64,000 nt of DNA from an uncultured Phycisphaerales bacterium (GCA_963758525.1 CAVWVQ010000003.1:4384001-4448000); one strand, 5' to 3'. Positions 1 through 10,676 are shown, counted from the first letter of the stretch. Program-made: numbers and translations. Notes: a model not told the origin generated them from the letters alone.

Positions 1-21
1 TTGAGCCGAGAACGATGAAAC

Positions 22-737
22 CTACGCGACGCCCGGAGCCTGACGATGAACCGCGGCTCGCGGAACGATATCGGCCAAATCGTTGGCGATCATTCGGTCG
101 ATCAGCTCTGTCACGCCGGCGCCGCGGCGCCGAGGGTCGTCAGATCCGCATCGGCCTTGACGGAAGCGAGCGCGTTTGCCACGGCGACCGCGATTCCGCT
201 GAGGCGCATGAAGGCATGATCATTCTCAGCATCGCCGACGGCGACGGTTTGCGCGAGGGAGATTCCGAGTTCCTTGACTGCCGGGACCAGACCGGTCGCC
301 TTGGTGACGCCGGCGGGCAGCACCATCACCGAGCCCTTGTTGAAGATGACGTGCCACTCCAGTCCGAGGTCGCGGATTGCATCCAGCACTGCGTGCTCAT
401 GCGGTTCCACCGTCCCCAGGATGGAGCGGCCGACCGAGAGGGGGACGCCCTTGGCGCGCAGGGCCTCGATGAGCTTCGGCGGGGGTGATGGCGCCAGCGA
501 TCGTGAAGCGCCGGTCGATGGCTCGTACAGAAGCGCGCCATTTTCCGCGACGATCCGGTCGAACAAATCACAGGATGGGAAGACCTCAAGCAGTTCGCTC
601 AGCTCTCGACCGGTCACCATGATCAGCTTGCGACCCGAGCGGCGCAGCCGCTGCAGCGCGGCGATGGTTGGCGCGTCCACCCGGCCGTCATGGGCAAGGG
701 TGCCGTCGTAGTCGGTAGCAAGAGCGTGATACTGCAT
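22..737 (-). CDS. HAD-superfamily hydrolase (Cof/IIB type); apparent 1-bp frameshift near 126
   Basis: Motif I ATDYDGTL, VTGR and GDAENDH. The ORF stops at 111, but the shifted frame continues GAGVTELIDRMIANDL to TAG at 22-24. Start set at MQYHAL (737). Confidence 0.85.
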
Positions 738-750
738 GGTCACCTTCGCT

Positions 751-1449
751 TCAGAGAACGCGCCAGGCAAAGGACGGACGGCGATCGTGCGGCTCGACGA
801 TATCTTCCCACAAGCGCGCGCCGCCCGCGATCGCGTCGTCGTTTCCGCCACGGCGAACCTGTGCGGGGAGCGGATCGACCAGGTCGGCGTTACCGCCGCC
901 CAGCAGGACATAGTCGGCGGCGAAAGCCTCCTTCAAGTTGGCTGTCGCTTCAGCGACCTCGCGCTGCCAGGCGCCGAGCCCGTTGGCGGCCAATCCCTTT
1001 TTGCCTAGTCGGTCGGCGAGCATCTGGCCCGACGCATGGCGCAGGCAGCCGAGCTCGAGGGCGATGACGACACGCTCCGCAATGAGAGTGGAGCCGAGTC
1101 CGGTTCCCACGCCGAGGAACAGCATGCGCCCTCCCTTGTATCCGCCCAGCGCCTGAAGCGCCGCGTCATTGACGACGCGAACGGAACAGTTGAACGCTCG
1201 TTCAAAATCAAAACCGACCCATCCGCGCCCGAGATTGCCGGGATCGGCTGATGGGCTTGTAGCGTAGACGAGGCCGGGATAGCCGAGCGAGATCGCCTCA
1301 AAACTCCAGCCTTGGGTGAGCCGGCGGGTTTCGCTCACGAGCATTTCGGGAGTGAGGTCGGGCCCGGATTCGAAATCCGCCCTCGCTGGCCGACCAGCGA
1401 CTGCCAGCTTGACGTGTGAGCCGCCGACATCGATCACCAGCACTTCCAT
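751..1449 (-). CDS. ROK family sugar kinase (polyphosphate glucokinase-like)
   Basis: VIDVGGSHVK, NLGRGWVGFDF, VVNDAALQALG, LGVGTGLGS and LLGGGN motifs. Confidence 0.85.
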   Translation of the reverse strand: MEVLVIDVGGSHVKLAVAGRPARADFESGPDLTPEMLVSETRRLTQGWSFEAISLGYPGLVYATSPSADPGNLGRGWVGFDFERAFNCSVRVVNDAALQALGGYKGGRMLFLGVGTGLGSTLIAERVVIALELGCLRHASGQMLADRLGKKGLAANGLGAWQREVAEATANLKEAFAADYVLLGGGNADLVDPLPAQVRRGGNDDAIAGGARLWEDIVEPHDRRPSFAWRVL

Positions 1450-1719
1450 CGTCGGCGATGCTAAAGCTTGATGACGGGATTGAACACGGCCAAATTCAAG
1501 AGCGGACGCGGTCGTGCAGAGCACGCCTTGGAACCTGCGCACGCTCCGCCCTTGGTCAGCCGCGCGCCTTGAAGCCGAAGCGAAGGGTGTGCAGCGTCTA
1601 TGGGCATCATCAGTCAAAATTAAGAGAATCCCCGATGGCATGCGGCGACGCCGCGAGTAGGATTCTGCAAGCGTGGACGGGTCGCCAAGTCTCTTGTCAA
1701 ATTTCGCTGGAGGTTTCTC

Positions 1720-2331
1720 ATGTCGCAGATGATTGAATCGATCGAGTCACGGTTGCTTCTTACCGCAGCTCCCGAAGTCATTCTTGCCGACCTCGGCGCC
1801 CTCAAGGCCACCGTGGTAGCGTCCAAGGCTGATCTGAAAGCTGCGCTGAACACCGCGAAAGCCGACGTCAAGGCGCTGAGGACGAGCGTTACCGCCGCGC
1901 ATCCGACTGCCGCACAACGGGCGCCGCTGAATACTCTTGTCAAGGATGAGACCGCCGCCGTCGTGAAATACAGGGCGCGGGTAACCGGCCTTCTCAACTC
2001 CGGGACCCGGGAGGGCCTTAACCTTCTGGCGGCGCTGAAGAACCTGAAGGCGCATCCGAACAGTATCGTATTCAAGGCGAAGGTCACAACCGATCTCGCT
2101 CTGTTGCAGGGCCTTTTCTCCACCACAAACGTCTCGAACATCGAAAGCAACGCCACCGCGACCGTCGGCATTCTCAACACGGATTTGAACGCGATCGCCA
2201 CCGCCATTCCGGCCACGCAATCCGCGGTGCACACATTCAACACTGACTTGGATAACGATCTCACGACCCTCTCAACGAAAGCGACTGACATCCAGACTGG
2301 AATTGCGACTCTGGCGAATGACCTGGCGTAA
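1720..2331 (+). CDS. Hypothetical Ala/Thr/Leu-rich helical protein with planctomycete LEPR-XLL-type N-terminal motif
   Basis: GGAGG RBS upstream; N-terminus IESIESRLLL; strong codon bias. Confidence 0.7.
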   Translation: MSQMIESIESRLLLTAAPEVILADLGALKATVVASKADLKAALNTAKADVKALRTSVTAAHPTAAQRAPLNTLVKDETAAVVKYRARVTGLLNSGTREGLNLLAALKNLKAHPNSIVFKAKVTTDLALLQGLFSTTNVSNIESNATATVGILNTDLNAIATAIPATQSAVHTFNTDLDNDLTTLSTKATDIQTGIATLANDLA

Positions 2332-2469
2332 CGAAGTTTTCACGGGGACTGCAACGCCGCGCGGAGCGGATGGCGTGCAGGTGCCGTGGCGGTCGGGTTG
2401 CAAAAGGGGGGGCAGTGCCTCGCATGAACGTAGAGCCGCCACGTGGCAAGGTCGCGTCGGCAAGCGTCT

Positions 2470-4287
2470 TCAGGCTTTCCGCTCCTCCAATTGCTCCCAT
2501 CGCGCATAGAGTTCGGCGACGCGGTTCTGAGCGGAGTCTGCCGCGGCGCATGCTTCGCGCAGCTTCACATGGTCTTTCAGCACGGCGGGATCCTCCATCT
2601 TTTGCTGGTGCGCGTGAAGAAGTTCCTCGGCTGCGAGGATTTTTTCCTCCATCGCCTCCAGCTCGCGCTGCTCGGACCAAGTCAGTTTTTTCTTTGCCGG
2701 CGGCACCGATGCATCGGGGACCGCGGATCGGGCAGGCGACCCGCGGGCGGCAACAGCACTTGCCTGCATCTCCGTATCGCGCGCCGATTCCCATTGGGAA
2801 AAATCGACGAAGCGGCGCGCGGCTCCCTTGCCGTCCAGCGCGAGAAGCTCGGTGGAAATGCGGTCGAGCATGAAGCGGTCGTGCGTGACGAGCACCAGTG
2901 CGCCGGGAAACTCGGCCAGGCTGTCTTCGAGCACTTCCAGCGAGGGAATATCCAGATCGTTGGTCGGCTCATCAAGAATCAGAAGATCAGCAGGGCGGGC
3001 GACCAGATCGGCCAGGAGAATGCGGGCCTGCTCTCCGCCGGAAAGATCGCCGACGCGCATATCAAGCTGATCGAGGCGGAAGAGAAACTTCCGCGCCCAG
3101 GCCGAGACGTGCATGGGCGCGCCGCGATACACGAAGTTGTCGCCCGCCGGCGCCAATGCGCGGCGAACCGTTTGCGTCGGATCGATCTGCGCGCGCTTCT
3201 GATCGAAATGAACGACGCGCAGCCCGTCGGCGCGCCAGACCTCGCCGGTATCCGCGGCAAGCTCGCCGGTCAGCAGGCGGATGAGGGTGCTCTTTCCCGA
3301 GCCATTGCGGCCGAGCAGGCCGAGCTTCATGCCGGGGGACAAGACCAGATTGACATGCGAGAAGAGGGTTCGGCCGCCGAGGCTTTTCGACACGTCCTTG
3401 AGGGTGAGCAGCTTTCTGGTCTGACGGTGCGTAGCGCTGAAGTCGATCTCAACAGTTCGCGCTTGCGCGTTGCGAGCCTTTAGGGCGGCGAGGTCCTCCA
3501 TCATCTCCCCCGCCTGCTGGATGCGGCCCTTGGCCTTGGTGGTGCGCGCCTTCGCGCCCCGTTGCAGCCAGGTGATCTCCCGCCGCACACGGCTCGCGAC
3601 CGCCTGCTGTTGAGCGGATTGGGCCATCAGGTATTCTTCACGACGCTGAAGAAAATCGCTGTAGGCGCCGGTCACGCTCAAGTAGCCGTCGGCATATGCC
3701 GTGTTCAACTCGACGACGCGGTTGGTCGCGTTTTCAAGGAGATACCGATCGTGCGTGCAGAGGACGAAAGAGAAACTGGCCGAGCCGAGCAGTTTCTCCA
3801 GCCAGAGAATTCCTTCCAGATCGAGATGATTCGTCGGCTCATCGAGGAGCAGCAGATCGGGCGACTGGATCAACTCCCGGGCAAGCGACAGGCGTTTCCG
3901 CCAGCCCCCCGAGAGCGTGTCGACGGACTGCTCAAGGTCGGTAAATCCCATTTTATCGAGGAGGATCTGCGCTGCAGTGAATCGCTCGTGCTCATCGGAG
4001 TGCCCGTCGCTCATGGCTTCCAGAACGACTTGGCCGACCGTTTTCGCCGGCGGGAACACATCTTGCTGCGCGAGGTAGCCGAGCCGAAGTTTGCGACGGG
4101 AGGTAATCCCGCCCGTATCGGCGGCTTCGAGCCCGGCAAAAATTTTCAGCAGCGTCGATTTGCCGGCTCCGTTGGGCCCGATCAGCCCGGTCCGGTCCTG
4201 ATCGTCGAAGCTAATGGAGATGTCATTGAACAGCGCGCGGGAGCCGAACGACTTGCTCAGCGATTCAGTAGAAAGAAGAAGGCTCAT
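2470..4287 (-). CDS. ABC-F family ATP-binding protein (Uup-like)
   Basis: Two ABC domains (GPNGAGKST/LSGG/LLLDEPTNHLD; GRNGSGKST/LSGGE/LILDEPTNDLD), no TM segments, Uup-type C-terminal coiled coil (KKLTWSEQRELE...RWEQLE). Confidence 0.92.
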   Translation of the reverse strand: MSLLLSTESLSKSFGSRALFNDISISFDDQDRTGLIGPNGAGKSTLLKIFAGLEAADTGGITSRRKLRLGYLAQQDVFPPAKTVGQVVLEAMSDGHSDEHERFTAAQILLDKMGFTDLEQSVDTLSGGWRKRLSLARELIQSPDLLLLDEPTNHLDLEGILWLEKLLGSASFSFVLCTHDRYLLENATNRVVELNTAYADGYLSVTGAYSDFLQRREEYLMAQSAQQQAVASRVRREITWLQRGAKARTTKAKGRIQQAGEMMEDLAALKARNAQARTVEIDFSATHRQTRKLLTLKDVSKSLGGRTLFSHVNLVLSPGMKLGLLGRNGSGKSTLIRLLTGELAADTGEVWRADGLRVVHFDQKRAQIDPTQTVRRALAPAGDNFVYRGAPMHVSAWARKFLFRLDQLDMRVGDLSGGEQARILLADLVARPADLLILDEPTNDLDIPSLEVLEDSLAEFPGALVLVTHDRFMLDRISTELLALDGKGAARRFVDFSQWESARDTEMQASAVAARGSPARSAVPDASVPPAKKKLTWSEQRELEAMEEKILAAEELLHAHQQKMEDPAVLKDHVKLREACAAADSAQNRVAELYARWEQLEERKA

Positions 4288-4545
4288 CGTTTATTGCGTG
4301 AAAGCGCGCCGAAGCGGCGGAGAGCATCTTATGGAAATGTTCCGCACGAGTCCCGTGCTGACTCTTTTGCGAATCGCGTCGGGGCGATGCTCAATCCATG
4401 TTCATCAATATCCGATGTGATTCTGCCTGCGATGAGCTTCTCCAAATGGTTTTCCTCGAAATCCGCTCGCTGGCAAAAAATTCGCTGATTCGAGACCTTC
4501 GCGTGTCGATATTAGGGGCTGCCCCTAATACGATGGCATCGTTGT

Positions 4546-5925
4546 ATGAGCAGAACGTACTCGGAATTAAATATCGGAGCCTATCCCTCGGAATCGCGTG
4601 TTTCGACGCCTGCACGGCTGTTGGGCCTGTTAAACAGCAGGCCCGTCTGGACGATTGCCGACCAAGCGATTGTCAGCTTAGGGAACTTCCTCAGCGGCGT
4701 CATCCTCGCCCGGCACTTGCCCGAAACGGGGTACGGGGCGTACGCGCTGTTGCTGGAGACGATGCTCTTTCTCAACAGTCTGCAGGCGGCGATCGTCACC
4801 TACCCGATGAGCGTTCGCGGGGCCACGCACGACTCGCGGAATCTTCGGAGATTTGCCTCGGCAGCGCTGTGGCTGACGCTGGCTCTGCTGCCGGCATTGG
4901 GGGCTGCAATGGGAATCGCCGTGTTGTGCGGCGCACAAATGGGGATGAGCGGGGTGGGAAGTTTGCCCCTCGCGATTGGGGCGATTGCGGGGATGGTGCT
5001 TTGGCAAATGCAGGAGACGATGCGGCGCGCTCTCATGGCCGAGTTCCGGTTCGGGGCATGCATTCCGGGTGATGCGCTCAGCTATCTTGGGCAGGTTGGG
5101 CTCCTGTCGCTGTTGGCGACCTTCGGGGCACTGACGTTGCCGCGGGCTTTTTTTGTGATCGGAAGCACCTCCGCGCTCGCGGTTGTGCTGCAGGCGATGC
5201 AAGTTGGCATCGTCCGCGTGTCGTTTGCCGAATTTGTGGAAATCGCCCGCGATTTCTGGAAGCTCGGGAGCTGGACGCTGCTGGCGAACATTGCCATGGT
5301 GCTCACCACCATGGGATACACCTGGATGCTCAAGCTCCTTCGGGGCCTTGACGCGACGGCGGATTTTGCCGCGATCCTCGTCCCGTTCCGTCTTGCCAAT
5401 CCTTTGTTGCTGGGCATCGGCAATCTGCTGGTGCCCGCGGTCGCCCGAGCGGCCAGGAAAGACGGCGTTCGTGCGAGCGCGCGCGCCGCGGGCCGATACT
5501 CGCTGCTGGGCGGCGCTGTGATCTTCACCTACTACGGCGTGCTGTGCGCCTTCCCCTCGCTGGCGCTGCGGCTGGTTTTCGGATCAGGCTCTCCCTACCT
5601 CAATGAGGGGACCTGGCTGCGGCTCTACGCACTCAACATGTGCGTGATGTACGTCGAACTGGTATTGCAGGGCTGGCTCAGCGGGCTGGGCGAAAGCCGC
5701 GCCAATTTTATGACGCAGATCGTCCAGGCCGCCGCAACGTTGAGCGTTACGCTTCCCGCGACCGCCCTGTATGGCATTCCCGGTCTGATCGGCGGCGCGT
5801 TCGTCGGGACAACGCTCTGCGTGATCGCCCAGTCGTTCATGTTGGGCAAGGCGCTTCGCGTCAGGATAGTCGCGAGCTGGCCCCCGATCAGATCGTTTGG
5901 CGAATCACTTCCTGCACCTGACTGA
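4546..5925 (+). CDS. Polysaccharide flippase (Wzx/MOP superfamily)
   Basis: Many hydrophobic segments; N-terminal DQAIVSLGNF...ILARHL...YGAY pattern. Confidence 0.75.
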   Translation: MSRTYSELNIGAYPSESRVSTPARLLGLLNSRPVWTIADQAIVSLGNFLSGVILARHLPETGYGAYALLLETMLFLNSLQAAIVTYPMSVRGATHDSRNLRRFASAALWLTLALLPALGAAMGIAVLCGAQMGMSGVGSLPLAIGAIAGMVLWQMQETMRRALMAEFRFGACIPGDALSYLGQVGLLSLLATFGALTLPRAFFVIGSTSALAVVLQAMQVGIVRVSFAEFVEIARDFWKLGSWTLLANIAMVLTTMGYTWMLKLLRGLDATADFAAILVPFRLANPLLLGIGNLLVPAVARAARKDGVRASARAAGRYSLLGGAVIFTYYGVLCAFPSLALRLVFGSGSPYLNEGTWLRLYALNMCVMYVELVLQGWLSGLGESRANFMTQIVQAAATLSVTLPATALYGIPGLIGGAFVGTTLCVIAQSFMLGKALRVRIVASWPPIRSFGESLPAPD

Positions 5926-7258
5926 TTCTTGCTTCAGCGGCTTCCCGATCCGGCGCTTCGGCGATGACGCGCATGATCGGCTCGGTGTTGCTCGGGCGGG
6001 CGTGGACCCACGCGTCGGCCCAGTCGATGCGAATGCCATCCTGCGTGTCCAGCCTCTCATTGCCAAAATGCCGGAGCAGTGCCGCCACGGCGCGCTGGGC
6101 ATCGTCGCGGCGGCATTCAAACTTGGTTTTGACAATCTGATACCGCGGAAGCTCCGCGACGAGCTGGGCAACGCTTTTCCCGGTGTTCGCCATCAACTGC
6201 AGCACGTATGCCATGCCCACCAGGCTGTCGCGTCCAGCGACAATGCGCGGATCGATGACGCCGCCGTTGCCTTCGCCGCCGATGACCGCTTCGTGGGCGA
6301 ACATCGCGTCGACCACGTTCGCTTCCCCCACCGGCGTGCGAATCACCCGTCCTCCATGCGCGGCAGCAATATCGTCGAGCATCCGGCTGGTTGATAAATT
6401 CGCCACCGCCACTCCGGGCGTTTTTGACAGGATCAGCTTCGCGGCCAGCGCCAGCGAATATTCTTCGCCGATATATGTTCCGTTTTCATCCACGATCGCC
6501 AGACGGTCCGCATCCGGATCCTGCGCAAAGCCCACATGCGCGCGCTGCCGGCGCACCTCGTCGGCAAGCTGCGTCAGGTTGCTCGCGGTCGGCTCCGGAT
6601 CGTGCGGAAACTGCCCATTGGGTGTCGCGTTGATGTGAACGAGCTGGCATCCGAGCTTGCTCAGCAGTGTCGCCGTCGCGACGCAACCGGCGCCGTTGAC
6701 GCTGTCGAGGACGACCTTATAGCGTTTGGTGGAGATGCCCAGCACATCAACGTGATCGAGCACGCGCTTGACGTGCAGTGCGTGCGTCTCGGAATTCGGC
6801 CGGGGCGCTGTGAGAGACTCAACGCGGACAAAATCCGAGCGGCCATCATCGTACAGTTGCTTGATCGCTGCCGCGTCAGAAGGCGGCGGCGCCACCGCCC
6901 GGCGGTTGAGAAACTTCAGCCCGTTCCACCGGATCGGATTGTGCGAGGCGGTGGCGATCATCGCCGCATCGGCGCCCAGATGCTTGAGCATCATCGCCAC
7001 GCCGGGAGTCGTGACGATGTCCAGATCGATCACCGCGATGCCGCTGGCCGTCAGCGCGGCGATCGCCGCGTCGCGCACCCACGTTCCGCTGGGACGCGAG
7101 TCGCGCCCGAAGACGACGACCGGAGCTTTCGCGGAAGACGACTGCTGCGACTTGAGCCACACCGCAAAGGCGGCGGCCATGCGCCCGACCACCGGCGGCG
7201 TCAGCGTCCCGCCGACCGTCCCGCGCATCCCGGAGACGCCGATCATGAGGGCTTCCAT
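5888..7258 (-). CDS. glmM: Phosphoglucosamine mutase / phosphohexomutase
   Basis: GVSGMRG, GRDSR, TASHNP (catalytic Ser), DPDADR metal loop, GGEGNGG, RPSNTEP. Substrate (GlmM vs PMM/PGM) cannot be resolved by eye. Confidence 0.8.
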   Translation of the reverse strand: MEALMIGVSGMRGTVGGTLTPPVVGRMAAAFAVWLKSQQSSSAKAPVVVFGRDSRPSGTWVRDAAIAALTASGIAVIDLDIVTTPGVAMMLKHLGADAAMIATASHNPIRWNGLKFLNRRAVAPPPSDAAAIKQLYDDGRSDFVRVESLTAPRPNSETHALHVKRVLDHVDVLGISTKRYKVVLDSVNGAGCVATATLLSKLGCQLVHINATPNGQFPHDPEPTASNLTQLADEVRRQRAHVGFAQDPDADRLAIVDENGTYIGEEYSLALAAKLILSKTPGVAVANLSTSRMLDDIAAAHGGRVIRTPVGEANVVDAMFAHEAVIGGEGNGGVIDPRIVAGRDSLVGMAYVLQLMANTGKSVAQLVAELPRYQIVKTKFECRRDDAQRAVAALLRHFGNERLDTQDGIRIDWADAWVHARPSNTEPIMRVIAEAPDREAAEARISQVQEVIRQTI

Positions 7259-7418
7259 CATGGTAACGTTATCGGGAGCAAGGGGCGGCCGCCATAGCGC
7301 GTCAATGGAAGTACGCGAGCGATCGGAGTGCTGCGCAGGCATTGAGAAAGGCCGTCGATTTGCCCCCCGAGCGGCGGCGCTCTTATCATCAGCGACCCCC
7401 GCTGACTGAAAGAGGAAC

Positions 7419-8380
7419 ATGGATCGTCAAGAGCTGGAAAGCAAGCTGCCGGAGCTGGTCGCCGCGCTGGTGCAAAGCGTGGCGGCCGAGCCGCGCATGC
7501 AGCACCTGAACCGCGTGCTGCTTCCCAATCGCGATCAGATCATCGCCTGCATCGCCGGGCTTCGGCAGATCGTTTTTCCCGGATATTTCGGCCAGCAGGG
7601 ACTGACCCCCGAACACCTGGGCGCGCGCCTTACCGAATTGGCGCTGGAAGTGTCTGACGCATTGTTCGAGCAGGTGCGTTGCTGCCTGCGCTATCGGCGG
7701 CAATTGACCTCTGCCCAGCCGCAGTCCAGCGAATGCGTCGAATGCGATCAGGAGGCGGCCGACGTGGTCGGGAAGTTCGTCTCTCGCATCCCGGCGGTGC
7801 GCGATGCGCTCTCCCACGATGTGCAGGCCGCATTTGACGGGGACCCCGCCGCTCACAGCACGGATGAGACGATCTTCTGCTATCCGGGGCTGTTTGCCAT
7901 TTTCGTGCAGCGGATGGCACACGAATTCTACAACATGGAGATTCCGCTGCTGCCGCGCATCATGACGGAGCATGCCCACAGCCTCACGGGAATTGACATT
8001 CACCCCGGCGCGCGGCTGGGCGCAGCTTTTTTATCGACCACGGCACGGGCGTGGTCATCGGCGAAACCACGGAGATCGGCGAAAACGTCAAGATTTATCA
8101 GGGCGTCACGCTGGGCGCACTGCCGCCCGCGTTTGGCCAGAAGCTGCGCGGTCAGAAGCGGCACCCGACCATCGAAGACGATGTGACGATCTACGCCGGC
8201 GCCACGATATTGGGTGGAAGCACAATTATCGGCAAAGGCGCGTTGATCGGCGGCAACGTCTTCATTACGTCGAGCGTTCCGCCGCTGAACCAGGTCACGG
8301 CTGAGCCGCCGAAGCTCAAGTATCGCGACCGCCGGCCGCGATCGGGCCGGGGTGCGGACTTTCTCGACTTTCAAATCTGA
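7419..8380 (+). CDS. cysE: Serine O-acetyltransferase; frameshift near 8020 joins two ORFs
   Basis: [24 protein letters not shown], then shifted frame [15 protein letters not shown]...YQGVTLG...[21 protein letters not shown]. Confidence 0.9.
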
Positions 8381-8392
8381 GGGGTGCGGTGG

Positions 8393-8476
8393 AGGGTTCA
8401 GGGTTTAGGGTTCAGGGTTCAGGGTTCAGGGTTCAGGGTGTCAGGGTTCAGGGTGTCAGGGTTCAGGGGTGTCAGG
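8393..8476 (+). repeat. Short tandem repeat of GGGTTCA / GGGTGTCA units
   Basis: About 11 consecutive 7-8 nt units just downstream of the cysE stop. Confidence 0.95.
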
Positions 8477-8601
8477 AGTCAGGATCACGGATACCGTTGA
8501 ACCCTCCACACTTCCTTGATGCTTTCACGCCACATCCGTCATAATCGGACCAACGTTACACCGACAGGTCGCCTTGGCACTGGGTTTGAAATGAGAACGG
8601 C

Positions 8602-8949
8602 GTGAAGAGACTTTTCTTGATCGTCGCTACGATCCTGGCAACGGGCTGCGCCATGAATCGCCCGGGTACGACAGGCCAACTTTCGGCCCAGCAGCCCGGG
8701 GCCGCGACCGAGCGGGCGTATCAGCCGTCACCGGCGAGCGCGCTGGTTTTCGACTCAGCGGTTATGCCCAACTTTCCGCTGCCGGGCTTGGACCGCCAGG
8801 CGCGCGAGCCTTCCGCATTTCTCGGATTTGACCAGAGCACCACCGAGTCATTCTTCATCTTCACCGACGACGAACAAAGCAGCTTTCCCTATCAGGATTC
8901 GTACGACCGCGAGTCGGTCTCCGCCAGGATCGGCACCCGAAGCCGCTGA
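8602..8949 (+). CDS. Hypothetical lipoprotein
   Basis: MKR + hydrophobic stretch + LATGC lipobox. Confidence 0.65.
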   Translation: MKRLFLIVATILATGCAMNRPGTTGQLSAQQPGAATERAYQPSPASALVFDSAVMPNFPLPGLDRQAREPSAFLGFDQSTTESFFIFTDDEQSSFPYQDSYDRESVSARIGTRSR

Positions 8950-8993
8950 ATTCCCCGGATTTCGGGGCGGGAAGGCGCTGGGGGAATTAATTC

Positions 8994-9022
8994 TTGAATT
9001 TCCCAATCCCGCCGGTCATATT
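8994..9022 (+). promoter_or_regulatory. Putative sigma70 promoter of the HU/IHF gene
   Basis: TTGAAT-N17-CATATT about 47 nt upstream of ATG 9070. Confidence 0.4.
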
Positions 9023-9069
9023 GTTTAAGTTCGTTTCCCATCTGGTGTTAAACCACCCTTGAGGGAAGT

Positions 9070-9453
9070 ATGGCCACCATCACGAAGAAAGAGCTCATTG
9101 ATCGCATCGCCGACGGGTCCGGTAATCGGCGGGTGCAGGTCAAAAAAGTGATACAGCAGTTTCTCGACGAAATCGTCAACGAACTCGGCAAAGGGAATCG
9201 CCTTGAATTTCGCGATTTCGGCGTGTTTGAGACGAAACTTCGCAAAGCCCGCAAAGCTCAGAATCCCAAGACCCTCGAACCCGTCGCCGTACCGGAAAAG
9301 CGGACCGTGAAGTTCAAGGTCGGGCGGCTGATGAAGCAACGGCTCGGCGACCTGACCGGCGCTGCCGTCGATGACGAGGCGGGCGATGTCGCCGAGATGA
9401 GCGAGGGCGCCGGCGACGAAGAAGAGGCGTCCAATCAGCAGGCCGAGGCATGA
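9070..9453 (+). CDS. HU/IHF family DNA-binding protein with acidic C-terminal tail
   Basis: ITKKELIDRIA, LEFRDFGVFE, ARKAQNPKT, VKFKVGRLMK. Confidence 0.93.
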   Translation: MATITKKELIDRIADGSGNRRVQVKKVIQQFLDEIVNELGKGNRLEFRDFGVFETKLRKARKAQNPKTLEPVAVPEKRTVKFKVGRLMKQRLGDLTGAAVDDEAGDVAEMSEGAGDEEEASNQQAEA

Positions 9454-10676
9454 AGCCATTGGCGTCTGATGCCGTCCCCGTCCGGGCGGTCGATGCGCCA
9501 AGCGGTTCCTGGGATCGGCTGCTGCAGGGGGATCTTGCCGAGGTGCGGGCGGCCGACCTCTATCGCGTTCGGCAACTGGTTCGTCCGCTTGATGCCGTGC
9601 ATGTCGAAATCGCCGGCCGGCGATTGGTCAATTTCGCCTCCAACAACTACCTGGGACTTACACATCACCCTCACGTGATCAATGCGCTCACCCGCTGCGC
9701 AAGGCGCGACGGGGCCGGCAGCGGCGCTGCCTCGCTCATCAGCGGCTGGACGCCTGCCCATGCCTCGGCCGAGGCGCGACTTGCACGCTGGAAGGGCGTC
9801 GAGTCGGCGGTGCTCCTCTCCAGCGGCTACCAGGCGAATCACGCGGCCATCCAAACGATTGCCGCCTGTGCGGCCAGTCGCGGAGGGGTTCGCTTCCTGA
9901 TCGATAAGCTCAGCCATGCCTCGCTCATCGACGCGGTACGCGCCAGCAACGCTCCCTTGCGCGTCTTCCCGCACAATCATCTGGGGAAGCTTCGCCGGCT
10001 GCTGGAAGGCGCAGAAGCAGGGGAGCTTCAAGTTGTTGTCACGGAATCCATTTTCAGCATGGACGGAGATGCCGCCGACCTGGCGGGACTTGCGGAACTG
10101 CGGCAACTGTTTGAGTTCGTCTGGGTGCTTGACGAAGCGCACGCGACGGGAGTCTACGGCCCGCAGGGAAACGGGCTGGCCGCGGAGTTGGGCGTGACTG
10201 CGCTGGTCGACATTCAGATCGTCACGCTGTCCAAGGCGTTGGGCGGCATCGGCGGAGCGATCTGCGCGTCAACCGCGTGCTGTGACGCGGTGATCAACCA
10301 CGGTCGGGCATACATGTTTTCGACGAGCATCCCGCCGGCCTCTGCGGCCGCGGCCGAGGCCGCGATCGACATCATCGAGCGCGAGCCGCAGCGTCGTGAA
10401 CGTTTGCGCGCGAACGCCCGGCGGGTGCGCGAGCGACTGGGCATGGGAGGAGACTCGCCGATCGTGCCGGTCATTCTCGGGACGGAGATCGCCGCGCTGA
10501 AGGCCGCGGCATATTTACGCGAACGCGGAATGCTGGTCGGTGCGGTGCGCCCGCCAACAGTTGCCCGCGATACCAGTCGCCTGCGGATCGCACTCTCCTG
10601 CGAGCATTCGGACGCCGAAATCGAGAGGCTGATCGAGGCGGTGAGCGCGGGGTGCGACGTCTCCACGCACGAATAA
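9450..10676 (+). CDS. bioF: 8-amino-7-oxononanoate synthase
   Basis: NFASNNYLGL, GSGAASLISG, SSGYQAN, HASLID, ESIFSMDGD, DEAHATG, TLSKALG (PLP Lys), VRPPTV. Confidence 0.92.
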   Translation: MKPLASDAVPVRAVDAPSGSWDRLLQGDLAEVRAADLYRVRQLVRPLDAVHVEIAGRRLVNFASNNYLGLTHHPHVINALTRCARRDGAGSGAASLISGWTPAHASAEARLARWKGVESAVLLSSGYQANHAAIQTIAACAASRGGVRFLIDKLSHASLIDAVRASNAPLRVFPHNHLGKLRRLLEGAEAGELQVVVTESIFSMDGDAADLAGLAELRQLFEFVWVLDEAHATGVYGPQGNGLAAELGVTALVDIQIVTLSKALGGIGGAICASTACCDAVINHGRAYMFSTSIPPASAAAAEAAIDIIEREPQRRERLRANARRVRERLGMGGDSPIVPVILGTEIAALKAAAYLRERGMLVGAVRPPTVARDTSRLRIALSCEHSDAEIERLIEAVSAGCDVSTHE

